This document shows, piece by piece, positions 1 to 7,575 of a stretch of DNA of 38,812 nucleotides. The first letter of the stretch is position 1. Each line of letters begins with the position of its first letter. The position numbers and the translations under genes are program-made. Source of the stretch: Kiritimatiellia bacterium (lineage in GTDB: Bacteria > Verrucomicrobiota > Kiritimatiellia > RFP12 > UBA1067); contig JAFRJH010000154.1 of the NCBI GenBank assembly GCA_017432385.1, forward strand, positions 1-38,812, written 5' to 3'. A model generated the notes under the pieces. The model was not told where the DNA came from, did no database searches, and saw only the letters and a program-made list of their open reading frames with translations.

Positions 1-209
1 AGGGGGCGGACACCCGTCGTCGCCCATCACAAGACGGGCGTGAATTGAAACTACCAGAACCCAGACAGCCCGCAGAAGTACGGAGTCGCCAGCCGCAAGA
101 CGGTCTTCGATGCTTGGTGGTAGGGCATTGCCGTGATTGAGATTTAGTTGCTTGATTTTTGAGATATTGACGGATTTTCTGCTAGATATAACTTTTTTTG
201 AGATTCCTA

Positions 210-238
210 TTGAAACTCGGTGTCAGAAAATGTATAAT
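210..238 (+). promoter_or_regulatory. sigma70-type promoter upstream of mraZ (TTGAAA-17 bp-TATAAT)
   Basis: TTGAAA at 210-215 and TATAAT at 233-238 with exactly 17 bp spacing. It lies in an AT-rich island within otherwise GC-rich DNA. Confidence 0.7.
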
Positions 239-285
239 GGTGTCACGAAATGTCAAAGGGTGACAACCAGAGTGTCGCGGTGTCG
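219..285 (+). repeat. 10-bp-periodic direct repeats (GGTGTCA / aaTGTCA type), candidate MraZ operator
   Basis: Boxes read directly: GGTGTCA at 219, TGTAT at 231, GGTGTCA at 239, TGTCA at 251, GGTGACA at 259, GTGTCG at 272, GGTGTCG at 279. They overlap the -10 box and the predicted transcription start. Confidence 0.6.
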
Positions 286-297
286 ACTCAGGCTGAA

Positions 298-735
298 ATG
301 GCTGGTCTTGTAGGCCGCTATGATCATGCCTTGGATCCCAAGAAGCGTTTCACCATTCCCAGTGAATGGAGAAAGGTCATGGGGAATCCGGAGTTTGTCT
401 ACGCGATGCCCGATCCGCAGGAAAGGTGTGTAGACATCATTCCTGCGCTGGAGATGAAGGCCCGTCTTGACAGGCTCAGGGAGAAGGCGCTTTTTGATCC
501 GGCGCTGAAACCCGTCCTGGACAAGATAGGCGCAATCTCCGAGATGCTGCCCCTTGACGTTCAAGGCCGCATTCGCGTGAGCGACAAGCTCCTTCGGTTC
601 GCGAACCTGACGACGACTGTCGCCATGCTGGGTGCGGTACGCATGTTCAAGCTGTGGGATCCCGCGGCGCTTGCCCCGGCCGACGAAGTCGACCAGGCGG
701 GTCTGCGGGAGGCCCTGGCGCTGGCCGGGTTCTGA
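298..735 (+). CDS. mraZ: transcriptional regulator MraZ
   Basis: Two MraZ-type half domains carry the DxKxR-x-x-IP motif (LDPKKRFTIPSEW and LDVQGRIRVSDKL). It sits first in an mraZ-rsmH-ftsL-ftsI order. ATG-298 gives a typical 145-aa product. The ORF track starts at ATG-250, which lies inside the repeat array. Confidence 0.85.
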   Translation: MAGLVGRYDHALDPKKRFTIPSEWRKVMGNPEFVYAMPDPQERCVDIIPALEMKARLDRLREKALFDPALKPVLDKIGAISEMLPLDVQGRIRVSDKLLRFANLTTTVAMLGAVRMFKLWDPAALAPADEVDQAGLREALALAGF

Positions 736-750
736 CGGGAGGTTCGGGGG

Positions 751-1650
751 ATGGGAAGACATGTCCCGGTTCTTCTGGAGGAGACGATGGCGGCGCTGGC
801 CGTCAGGCCAGGCGGGAGGTATGTGGACGGCACGCTCGGGCGGGCCGGGCACACGAGGGAGATCATCGCCCGGGGCGGGGAGGTGCTCGGCATAGACCGC
901 GACGAGCAGGCTCTCCGCGAGATCGGGGAAATCGCGGGGCTGACGGTCGTGAAGGGCTGCCACGGCGATATAGGGAGCCTGGCGTCCGAGCGGGGATGGA
1001 CCGGCGTCGACGGGGTGCTGCTGGACCTTGGCGTGTCGAGTCCGCAGCTGGACGACGCGGAGCGCGGGTTCAGCTTTCTCCGGGACGGACCGCTCGACAT
1101 GCGGATGGACCGGTCGCAGAAGACGACCGCCGCGGATTTGGTAAACGGATGCAGCGCGGAAAGATTGGAAGAGATCTTCCGCAGGAAGGGCGAGGAGCCG
1201 AACTCGAGGCGAATCGCGAGGGGCATAGTCGCGGAACGCGTTCCTAGGCCGTTCCATACGACTGGAGAGCTCGCCGGTTTCATCGAGAGGCTCGTCGGGA
1301 GGCGCGGGGCGCACCACCCTGCAACCCGCGTCTTCCAGGCCCTGAGGATGGAGGTGAACGACGAGACGGGGGAGCTTGAGCGCGCGCTGGAAGGCTGTCT
1401 TGCGCTCCTGCGGCCGGGCGGGAGATTCGCGGTGATAACCTTCGAATCGCTTACCGACCGGATCGTGAAGAGGTTCTTCGCCTCGCATGCCGGCAGGATG
1501 GTCTCTCTCCAGCAGGGGGGGGAGAGATGGGAGGGAGTCCTGCCGCGGGTGAAGGCTGCGACAAAAGGCGCGGTAATGGCCGCGGATGCGGAAAAGTCTT
1601 CCAACCCCAGGGCACGGAGCGCCAAGCTCAGGGCCGTAGAAAGGATCTGA
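751..1650 (+). CDS. rsmH: 16S rRNA (cytosine1402-N4)-methyltransferase RsmH
   Basis: Motifs HVPVLL, DGTLGRAGH, DLGVSSPQLD, RGFSF and HPATRVFQALR. Canonical position after mraZ. GGGAGG Shine-Dalgarno upstream. Confidence 0.92.
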   Translation: MGRHVPVLLEETMAALAVRPGGRYVDGTLGRAGHTREIIARGGEVLGIDRDEQALREIGEIAGLTVVKGCHGDIGSLASERGWTGVDGVLLDLGVSSPQLDDAERGFSFLRDGPLDMRMDRSQKTTAADLVNGCSAERLEEIFRRKGEEPNSRRIARGIVAERVPRPFHTTGELAGFIERLVGRRGAHHPATRVFQALRMEVNDETGELERALEGCLALLRPGGRFAVITFESLTDRIVKRFFASHAGRMVSLQQGGERWEGVLPRVKAATKGAVMAADAEKSSNPRARSAKLRAVERI

Positions 1651-1655
1651 ACGAC

Positions 1656-2084
1656 ATGAAAAGAAACCGCAGGGTTACGAGGAGAATGAGCGTGATGGCC
1701 ACTGGCTCGATGTACATCGGGGCGGTGATGCTCACGCTTTTCGTGATGGTCATAGTGAACCATCTCGCGGCCTCGAGCTGCACGCAGCTGAAGAAGACGA
1801 TTGGGGACAGGAGGCGCGAGCTTGACGCGCTGGAGAACGAGCGGCTGCGCGAGCAGGCGAGGTGGGACGGCATGACCACTCCGCAGAGGCTGGACGCGGC
1901 GCTTCTCCGGCACGGGATGAAGATGCGCGATCCAGATCCCGCCAGGCAGATCGTGCGCCTGAGCAGGGCGACGGGTCAGCCCATACGGTGCCAGGCGTCG
2001 GTGGAGATCGCCAGGGCCCGCGCCGCATCCGTCACTTCGCAGACCGCGAGGTACGACGGCGGACGCGGGGCGATCAGGAGGTGA
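1656..2084 (+). CDS. ftsL: FtsL-like cell division protein (single TM helix plus coiled coil)
   Basis: Internal ATG-1656 of ORF 1527-2084, 5 nt after the rsmH stop. Basic N-terminus, one hydrophobic helix (YIGAVMLTLFVMVIVNHL), then a heptad-like segment (RRELDALENERLREQ). Position between rsmH and ftsI. There is no strong sequence signature. Confidence 0.5.
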   Translation: MKRNRRVTRRMSVMATGSMYIGAVMLTLFVMVIVNHLAASSCTQLKKTIGDRRRELDALENERLREQARWDGMTTPQRLDAALLRHGMKMRDPDPARQIVRLSRATGQPIRCQASVEIARARAASVTSQTARYDGGRGAIRR

Positions 2085-2090
2085 CGCGGC

Positions 2091-3935
2091 GTGGCGATGC
2101 GGGGCGAGAATTTCCGTTTCTGGCTTCCGGTCGTCCTGCTGAGCGCCTTCGCGCTATACAGCGCGCAGAAGCTGGTGAGGACGCACCTCTCGTCCAAGGT
2201 CGCCGCCCCAAACTACATGTTCACCCGCAGGCTCCCGGCGAGGCGCGGCACCATCTACGACGGCGGAGCGACGCCGGTTCCGCTTGCGAAGTCGGTCCCG
2301 TTCTGGGAGTACAGGCTTGATCCGGTCGCGCTCACGAACCGCGTGGTCAAGCCCAGGGGGAAGCCCAGGCGCACGCCGGAGGAGATACAGGCGACGATCG
2401 CCGACGCGCTGCACATCGACCGCGGCAGAATCGCCGCGATGTGCCGCAACACGTCCAAGCGGTACCAGTTTCTCGCGATGTCCTCCGATCCGGACGCGCA
2501 CGCGGTCATCGCCGACTCGCGCCAGGTGGCGGGCGTCGCTATAGAGGACAGGCAGGTGCGCCAGTATCTCCACGACCGCTGCCTTTCGCACGTCGTGGGT
2601 TCCGTGAACGCCGCGGGCGAGCCCTCCGCGGGAATCGAGCTGAAGTTCAACGCCGAGCTCACCGGCGTCCCGGGCCTCGTCCGCGGCAAGAAGAACGCCA
2701 TCGGCAGCGAGCTGTACGACAAGCGCATAGAGGAGGTCGCGCCCATACCGGGCTCGGACGTGTACCTGACGGTGGACAACGCCCTCCAGTACGACGTCGA
2801 GACGCTTCTCGCTCGTGGCGTCAGGGAGTTCGGGGCCGGTTCCGGATGGTGCGTGGTCCTCGACGCGAAGACGGCGGCGGTGCTGGCGATGGCGTCGCTC
2901 CCCGACTTCCATCCGCTCTCCTACGGACGGGCCTCGGACGCCGAGAAGATCAACCGCACCGTCAACTTCACGTACGAGCCGGGCAGCGTCATGAAGGTCA
3001 TAACGGCCGCCACCGCGCTCGACATGGGCATCGTGAAGCCCGACACGCTCTACGACACGCGCCGGAACGACGAGCGGTACCACAAGCTCCCCGGGGACGG
3101 AAGCCATGTCTGGGAGCCGCGGATGACGGTTGCGGACGCGATAGTGCATTCGTCGAACATCGTGATCGGCAAGCTCGGCTGCGACATCGGCCCGGCGAGG
3201 CTCTGGAACTCGATGCGCGCGTTCGGTTTCGGACAGAGGACGGGAGTGGAGCTCCCGGGCGAGGAGTCCGGCATACTGCGCGACTGGCGCAGGTGGGATG
3301 TCCTCACCTGGTCCCGGGCGCCGATAGGGCAGGGGGTGTCCGTGACCGCGCTCCAGATAGCCTGCGCCTACCAGGCGATAGCGAACGACGGCCGCCGCAT
3401 GAAGCCGCACATAGTCGAGCGCATCGTCGCCGCGGACGGCACGGAGAGCTACCGCCACGTCCCGAAGGTGGCGGCGACCCCTGTCTCGAAGGGGACGGCG
3501 CGGACGATGCGCGAGATCATGCTTGGCGTCGCCTCGCCGGCCGGGACGGCGCGCCGCGCCGCGATCAAGGGGTATTCGGTCTCCGGCAAGACCGGGACGG
3601 CGCAGAAGGTGGTGAACGGACGCTATGCGGACGGGCTCTACCGCGCCACGTTCTGCGGCATCGTTCCGTCAGGCGTCGTCAAGCTCCGCCCCGAGGACGA
3701 GGAGCCGGTTCCGCCGCGCATTGTCGTTCTGGTGACGCTTGATTTCGACTCGCGCGCCAAGTACCACCAGGGCGGCAATTCCGCCGCGCCCGTGTTCCGC
3801 CTGGTGGCCATGGCGGCGCTGCGGCGGCTTGAGGTCGAGCCAGACCGTCCGGATGAGCTCGTGGACGATTTCGGAGACGGCGAGCTTGACGCGATCCTCG
3901 ACGAGCGGGCGCGCCGCCGCCCGCTGGAGAGGTGA
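2091..3935 (+). CDS. ftsI: peptidoglycan D,D-transpeptidase FtsI / class B penicillin-binding protein
   Basis: N-terminal TM anchor. Transpeptidase motifs SxxK (GSVMK), SxN (SSN) and KTG(T) (GKTGTA). Position after ftsL. Start is GTG-2091 or ATG-2097. Confidence 0.88.
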   Translation: MAMRGENFRFWLPVVLLSAFALYSAQKLVRTHLSSKVAAPNYMFTRRLPARRGTIYDGGATPVPLAKSVPFWEYRLDPVALTNRVVKPRGKPRRTPEEIQATIADALHIDRGRIAAMCRNTSKRYQFLAMSSDPDAHAVIADSRQVAGVAIEDRQVRQYLHDRCLSHVVGSVNAAGEPSAGIELKFNAELTGVPGLVRGKKNAIGSELYDKRIEEVAPIPGSDVYLTVDNALQYDVETLLARGVREFGAGSGWCVVLDAKTAAVLAMASLPDFHPLSYGRASDAEKINRTVNFTYEPGSVMKVITAATALDMGIVKPDTLYDTRRNDERYHKLPGDGSHVWEPRMTVADAIVHSSNIVIGKLGCDIGPARLWNSMRAFGFGQRTGVELPGEESGILRDWRRWDVLTWSRAPIGQGVSVTALQIACAYQAIANDGRRMKPHIVERIVAADGTESYRHVPKVAATPVSKGTARTMREIMLGVASPAGTARRAAIKGYSVSGKTGTAQKVVNGRYADGLYRATFCGIVPSGVVKLRPEDEEPVPPRIVVLVTLDFDSRAKYHQGGNSAAPVFRLVAMAALRRLEVEPDRPDELVDDFGDGELDAILDERARRRPLER

Positions 3936-3968
3936 CCGTTCCGCCGCCGCGCCTGCTCTCCGGCGGCA

Positions 3969-3998
3969 TTGCGCACGGCGGGGGTGATTTGATAAAAT
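3969..3998 (+). promoter_or_regulatory. promoter of the efflux operon (TTGCGC-18 bp-TGaTAAAAT extended -10)
   Basis: TTGCGC at 3969-3974; TG at 3990-3991 followed by TAAAAT at 3993-3998. Only 7 nt separate the -10 box from ATG-4006 and no Shine-Dalgarno is present. Confidence 0.55.
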
Positions 3999-4005
3999 AC
4001 TTACC

Positions 4006-5430
4006 ATGTTTTCATCAAGGACCTTGACATTGGCCGCGGCCGTTGCGGTGCTTGCGGGATGCACGGCCGTCCGCGACGCCCGCATGGCGCAGGACGAGGT
4101 CTCGGGCCGGGCGGACGGGCGGACGGTGGACGGACCGCGCGTCGACCTCAGGGGCGCGACCCTCGCCAAGCTCGTCGACTTCGCCGTCACAAACCGCCCG
4201 GAGATGGCGTCCGCCTATCTCTCGTGGGCGGACGCGCACCTCGCGATGCTCGAGCTGGAGTCTGACGCGCCGCTCGCGAGCGCGACCCCGTGGAAGGCGC
4301 CCTCGCTCTCCGCGACGCTCGGCCGGACGGCGTCCAGCAAGGTGGCGAAGCTCCGCGACCTGAGCGGGCGCACCGTGGGCGACGCGTCTGGATCGCTCTC
4401 CCTTGAGGTGCTTCTCTGGGACTTCGGGCGGAACCGCGCGCAGGTCGCCGCGCAGGCGGAGTCCGTCGTCGCCGCAGAGCTGAAGTACGCGGACGAGGGG
4501 TTCTCCGTCTTCGAGGCGGTTGCGTCGGCGTACTTCGCGGTCCTGGAGGCGGACGCGCTTCTCGACGTGGCGCTCACCAACGAGTTCGAGTTCGCCGAGC
4601 GCCTCGGGCAGGCCGAGGACAGGCTGGCGGCGGGGGAGGCGAAGAATCTCGACGTGCTGCGCGCGAGGATGGACCTCGCCTCGGCGCGCGAGTCGGTCGT
4701 ATCCGCCTCGAACTCCGTCGCGACGTCGGGAGCGAAGCTCGTCCGCGCGCTGGGCCTCGACGTGTCGCGGGCGTGCCGCGACGACATCCTGCCCCGCCGC
4801 GGGAGTCCGCTCGCCGCGATGTCGCGCGGCTTCGCCGACACTTGCTTCGGCGTCGACGGAGCCTTCGCGCTCGCGCGGAGGAACGCCCCGAAGGTGCAGG
4901 TCGCGCGCGCGAAGCTCAGGGCGGCGAGCGACCGCGTCGATTTCGCAGTGGCGGATCTGATGCCGTCGGTGTCCGCGACGGCCTCGCTCAACTGGACCGA
5001 TCCGATGTGGTACTGGCGCTGGGGGCTCAGCGGCGTGCAGTCGCTCTTCACCGGCTGGCGCAAGACGACGGCGGTTGACCGCGCGGTGACGGCGATGCTC
5101 GCGGCGGCGTCCGACGTGGACGGCGCCGAGCAGGAGCTGTCGCTCGCGCTCGAGCTCGCCGTAGCCGAGCGCGACAACTCCCGGGTCGCGCTCGCTTCCG
5201 CGGAGGAGTCGCTGAGGCAGGCCAGGGAGAACCTGGAGAACGTGCGCGGGCAGCTCGGCGTGGGCGACGCGAGCCGCGTGGACTACGCCGACGCCGTCGC
5301 TTCCTACGTCACCGCCCTCGGAAACCGCGTCAAGGCGTTCTACCGCGGGCAGGTAGCGGAGGCGAAGCTGTTCTCCGCGCTCGGAGTGCCGCCCGACTAC
5401 CGCGAGGAGACCGTGGGCGAAGAAATGTGA
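4006..5430 (+). CDS. TolC-family outer membrane efflux protein (lipoprotein)
   Basis: Lipobox signal peptide (LAGC). 474 aa, an alanine/leucine-rich two-repeat OEP-type sequence. Directly upstream of the adaptor and ABC components. Confidence 0.8.
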   Translation: MFSSRTLTLAAAVAVLAGCTAVRDARMAQDEVSGRADGRTVDGPRVDLRGATLAKLVDFAVTNRPEMASAYLSWADAHLAMLELESDAPLASATPWKAPSLSATLGRTASSKVAKLRDLSGRTVGDASGSLSLEVLLWDFGRNRAQVAAQAESVVAAELKYADEGFSVFEAVASAYFAVLEADALLDVALTNEFEFAERLGQAEDRLAAGEAKNLDVLRARMDLASARESVVSASNSVATSGAKLVRALGLDVSRACRDDILPRRGSPLAAMSRGFADTCFGVDGAFALARRNAPKVQVARAKLRAASDRVDFAVADLMPSVSATASLNWTDPMWYWRWGLSGVQSLFTGWRKTTAVDRAVTAMLAAASDVDGAEQELSLALELAVAERDNSRVALASAEESLRQARENLENVRGQLGVGDASRVDYADAVASYVTALGNRVKAFYRGQVAEAKLFSALGVPPDYREETVGEEM

Positions 5431-5451
5431 GGAACCATTGGAGGCCGATCG

Positions 5452-6747
5452 ATGAAACACCTGAGGATGCTTGGAGCGGGCGCGCTCGCCGCGGCGGCCG
5501 TGCTCGCGGGATGCGGAGGCGGCGGGCAGAATGGCCCGGGGGGCAAGGGCGAGAAGTACCGCGTCGCGCCGATAGCGAGGGCGGATGTCGTCCGCACGGT
5601 CAGCGCGACCGGCACCGTGACGCCGCGCAACTCGTCGAAGGGCATCCCAGTCGGCGCGCAGGTCAACGGGAAGCTCATAAAGCTCTACGTGGACTACAAC
5701 GACACCGTGACGAACGGGCAGGTCGTCGCGCTCATCGACCCGCAGGTCTACGACGCGAACTACAAGAGCGCCGTGGCGCAGCTCCACGCCAACGAGGCGA
5801 ACGTCGACGTCCGCGCAGCCGCCGTGAAGTCGTCGGAGGCCGAGCTCGCCCTCGCCAGGAAGACCTACGAGCGCAAGAAGACGCTCGCGGAGAGGCAGAT
5901 GGCCCCGGTCGCGGACCTCGACAGCGCGCAGGAGGCCCTCGACAGGGCCGCGGCGGGGCTCGATAGCGCGAAGGCCAACCACAAGAGCGCCCTGGCCGCG
6001 GTCGAGCAGGCGAAGGCGTCCGTAAGCAAGGCCAAGGCCGACCTCGACTACTGCACGATCGTCTCGCCCGTCGACGGAATCGTCATCGACCGCAAGGTCG
6101 AGGAGGGCGAGACCGTCGTCTCGTCCATGAACGCGATACCGATCCTCTCGATCGCCGAGGACCTCGACACGGTCTGGGTCGCGGCGGACGTCCCGGAGGC
6201 CGATGTGGGCGGAATCGTCGTCGGCCAGAAGGTCACGTTCACGGTCGACGCCTACCGGACCGGCTTCACGGGCGTCGTGAAGCAGATAAGGAAGGCTTCG
6301 ACGACCACCAGCAACGTCGTGACCTTCCCGGTGATCGTCGAGGCGGAGAACCCCGGGCAGAAGCTGTTTCCCGGCATGACCGCGACGCTCTCGATCGAGA
6401 CGGCGCGCGCCGAGAACGTCGTGGCCGTCGCCGCCGCGGCGTTCAGGTTCCGCCCGAAGGAGGAGGACCTCGCGAAGGCCGGCGAAGTGCCGCGCGGACG
6501 CAAGATATGGCTGAAGCCCGCGGACCCTGCCGCGCCGCCGGAGTACGTGCTCGTGTCGGAGGGCGTGACGGACGATTCGTTCACGGAGCTGGTGTGCGAC
6601 GGCGCGGCGTCCCTCGAGGGACGAGAGGCGATCGTCGGCTATCAGACGGCCCGGACCTCCGCCGGCAAGGACGAATCCAATCCGTTCATGCCGAAGTTCC
6701 CGAAGCGCGGACAGAACAAGGGAACGGCCCCGGAGCCGAAGAAGTGA
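5452..6747 (+). CDS. HlyD/MacA-family periplasmic adaptor (membrane fusion) subunit
   Basis: Lipobox (LAGC). Lipoyl/barrel-sandwich motif (V..GQVVALIDP), a long coiled-coil hairpin, and a C-terminal beta-barrel region. GGAGG Shine-Dalgarno. Confidence 0.85.
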   Translation: MKHLRMLGAGALAAAAVLAGCGGGGQNGPGGKGEKYRVAPIARADVVRTVSATGTVTPRNSSKGIPVGAQVNGKLIKLYVDYNDTVTNGQVVALIDPQVYDANYKSAVAQLHANEANVDVRAAAVKSSEAELALARKTYERKKTLAERQMAPVADLDSAQEALDRAAAGLDSAKANHKSALAAVEQAKASVSKAKADLDYCTIVSPVDGIVIDRKVEEGETVVSSMNAIPILSIAEDLDTVWVAADVPEADVGGIVVGQKVTFTVDAYRTGFTGVVKQIRKASTTTSNVVTFPVIVEAENPGQKLFPGMTATLSIETARAENVVAVAAAAFRFRPKEEDLAKAGEVPRGRKIWLKPADPAAPPEYVLVSEGVTDDSFTELVCDGAASLEGREAIVGYQTARTSAGKDESNPFMPKFPKRGQNKGTAPEPKK

Positions 6748-7487
6748 GCCATCTCATCGATATACGCGACATGTACAAGATCTACGCGGTCGGCGGCGAG
6801 CCGGTGCACGCGCTGGACGGGGTGTCGCTGTCAGTCGACGAGGGGGAGTTCCTCGCGATCATGGGCTCTTCGGGCTCGGGCAAGTCCACGATGCTCAACA
6901 TCCTCGGCTGCCTCGATGTGCCGACGAAGGGCTCGTACCTCCTTGACGGAATCGAGGTGGCGGCGCGCTCGCGCGCGGAGCTCGCGAAGATACGCTGCCG
7001 CAAGCTCGGGTTCGTGTTCCAGAACTTCAACCTTCTGCCGCGCACGAGCGCGCTCGAGAACGTCGAGCTGCCGGACCTGTACATGGGGCGCCTGAACCGA
7101 CGCGGGCGCAAGGCGCGCGCCATGCAGCTCCTCGAGCGCGTCGGGCTCAAGGGGCGCGAGATGCACACCCCCGCGCAGCTCTCGGGCGGACAGCAGCAGC
7201 GCGTCGCGATCGCGCGCGCTCTCATGAACAATCCGCCCGTGCTCTTCGCGGACGAGCCGACGGGCAACCTCGACACGAAGAGCTCGATAGAGATCATGAA
7301 CCTCTTCACCGAGCTCTCGAACGAGGGCATCACCATCGTCATGGTGACGCACGAGGACGACATCGCCGCCTACGCGAAGCGGCACGTCGTCATGCGCGAC
7401 GGCAGAATCATGCGCGACGACCGCGGCGAAGGCGGCAGGAGGACGACAGAGGAGGTCTCACGCCTCGTCAAGGAGACGCTGGCATGA
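6744..7487 (+). CDS. ABC transporter ATP-binding protein, MacB/LolD family
   Basis: Walker A GSSGSGKST, signature LSGGQQQRV, Walker B LFADEPT. GTG-6744 overlaps the adaptor stop (GTGA). The ORF-track extension back to 6507 overlaps the adaptor gene and is rejected. Confidence 0.88.
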   Translation: MSHLIDIRDMYKIYAVGGEPVHALDGVSLSVDEGEFLAIMGSSGSGKSTMLNILGCLDVPTKGSYLLDGIEVAARSRAELAKIRCRKLGFVFQNFNLLPRTSALENVELPDLYMGRLNRRGRKARAMQLLERVGLKGREMHTPAQLSGGQQQRVAIARALMNNPPVLFADEPTGNLDTKSSIEIMNLFTELSNEGITIVMVTHEDDIAAYAKRHVVMRDGRIMRDDRGEGGRRTTEEVSRLVKETLA

Positions 7488-7575
7488 AGGCGGCGGTTGC
7501 GCTTTTCACCGCCGCGCTTGGCGAGACGCGACGTCTCATGGATGGGTTGAGGGAAATGACGAAAGAGGAGGCAGC

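Noticed and set aside
1-130. Possible 3' end of RNase P RNA or another structured RNA. The basis was cccgtcgtcgccc...gacgggcg resembling a P3-like hairpin, and CCAGAACCCAGACAG vaguely resembling the conserved ACAGAACCCGGCTTA.
   Set aside because: The element order is wrong for RNase P, because the P3-like hairpin would belong to the 5' part. The universally conserved GGCUUA and GAGGAAAGUCC segments are absent. The region could equally be the 3' end of an upstream gene cut by the window edge, since frames 1 and 2 close at 41-48. No call was made.
3941-3966. Hairpin CCGCCG-(14 nt)-CGGCGG after ftsI, considered as a terminator.
   Set aside because: The stem is short, the loop is large and there is no U-tract. 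Such pairings are expected by chance in GC-rich sequence.
4015-5982. Long minus-strand ORF (655 aa) antisense to the TolC and adaptor genes. Similar long antisense or alternate-frame ORFs occur at 253-1488, 561-1913, 2154-3458, 7468-8868, 8531-9685, 10534-11985, 12631-14022, 18595-20451, 22161-24356(+), 23614-25056, 25622-26920, 27941-29545, 29641-31296, 33103-35664 and 37045-38145.
   Set aside because: These are typical shadow ORFs of GC-rich DNA. Their translations are Arg/Gly/Pro/Ala-rich and low-complexity with no recognisable motifs. Each overlaps a sense-strand gene with clear family signatures and proper start contexts.
6507-6743. N-terminal extension of the ABC ATPase ORF. The same applies to the ORF-track extensions 14190-14435 (rlmI), 1527-1655 (ftsL), 16652-17617 (PHP, minus strand), 27168-27239 (NusG paralog), 29602-29664 (GH), 31282-31320 (LRR protein), 18982-19041 (porin), 8810-8881 and 16748-16780.
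   Set aside because: The extensions overlap upstream genes or promoters and are Arg/Gly-rich. They also precede obvious internal starts with Shine-Dalgarno sites, signal peptides or family-typical N-termini.
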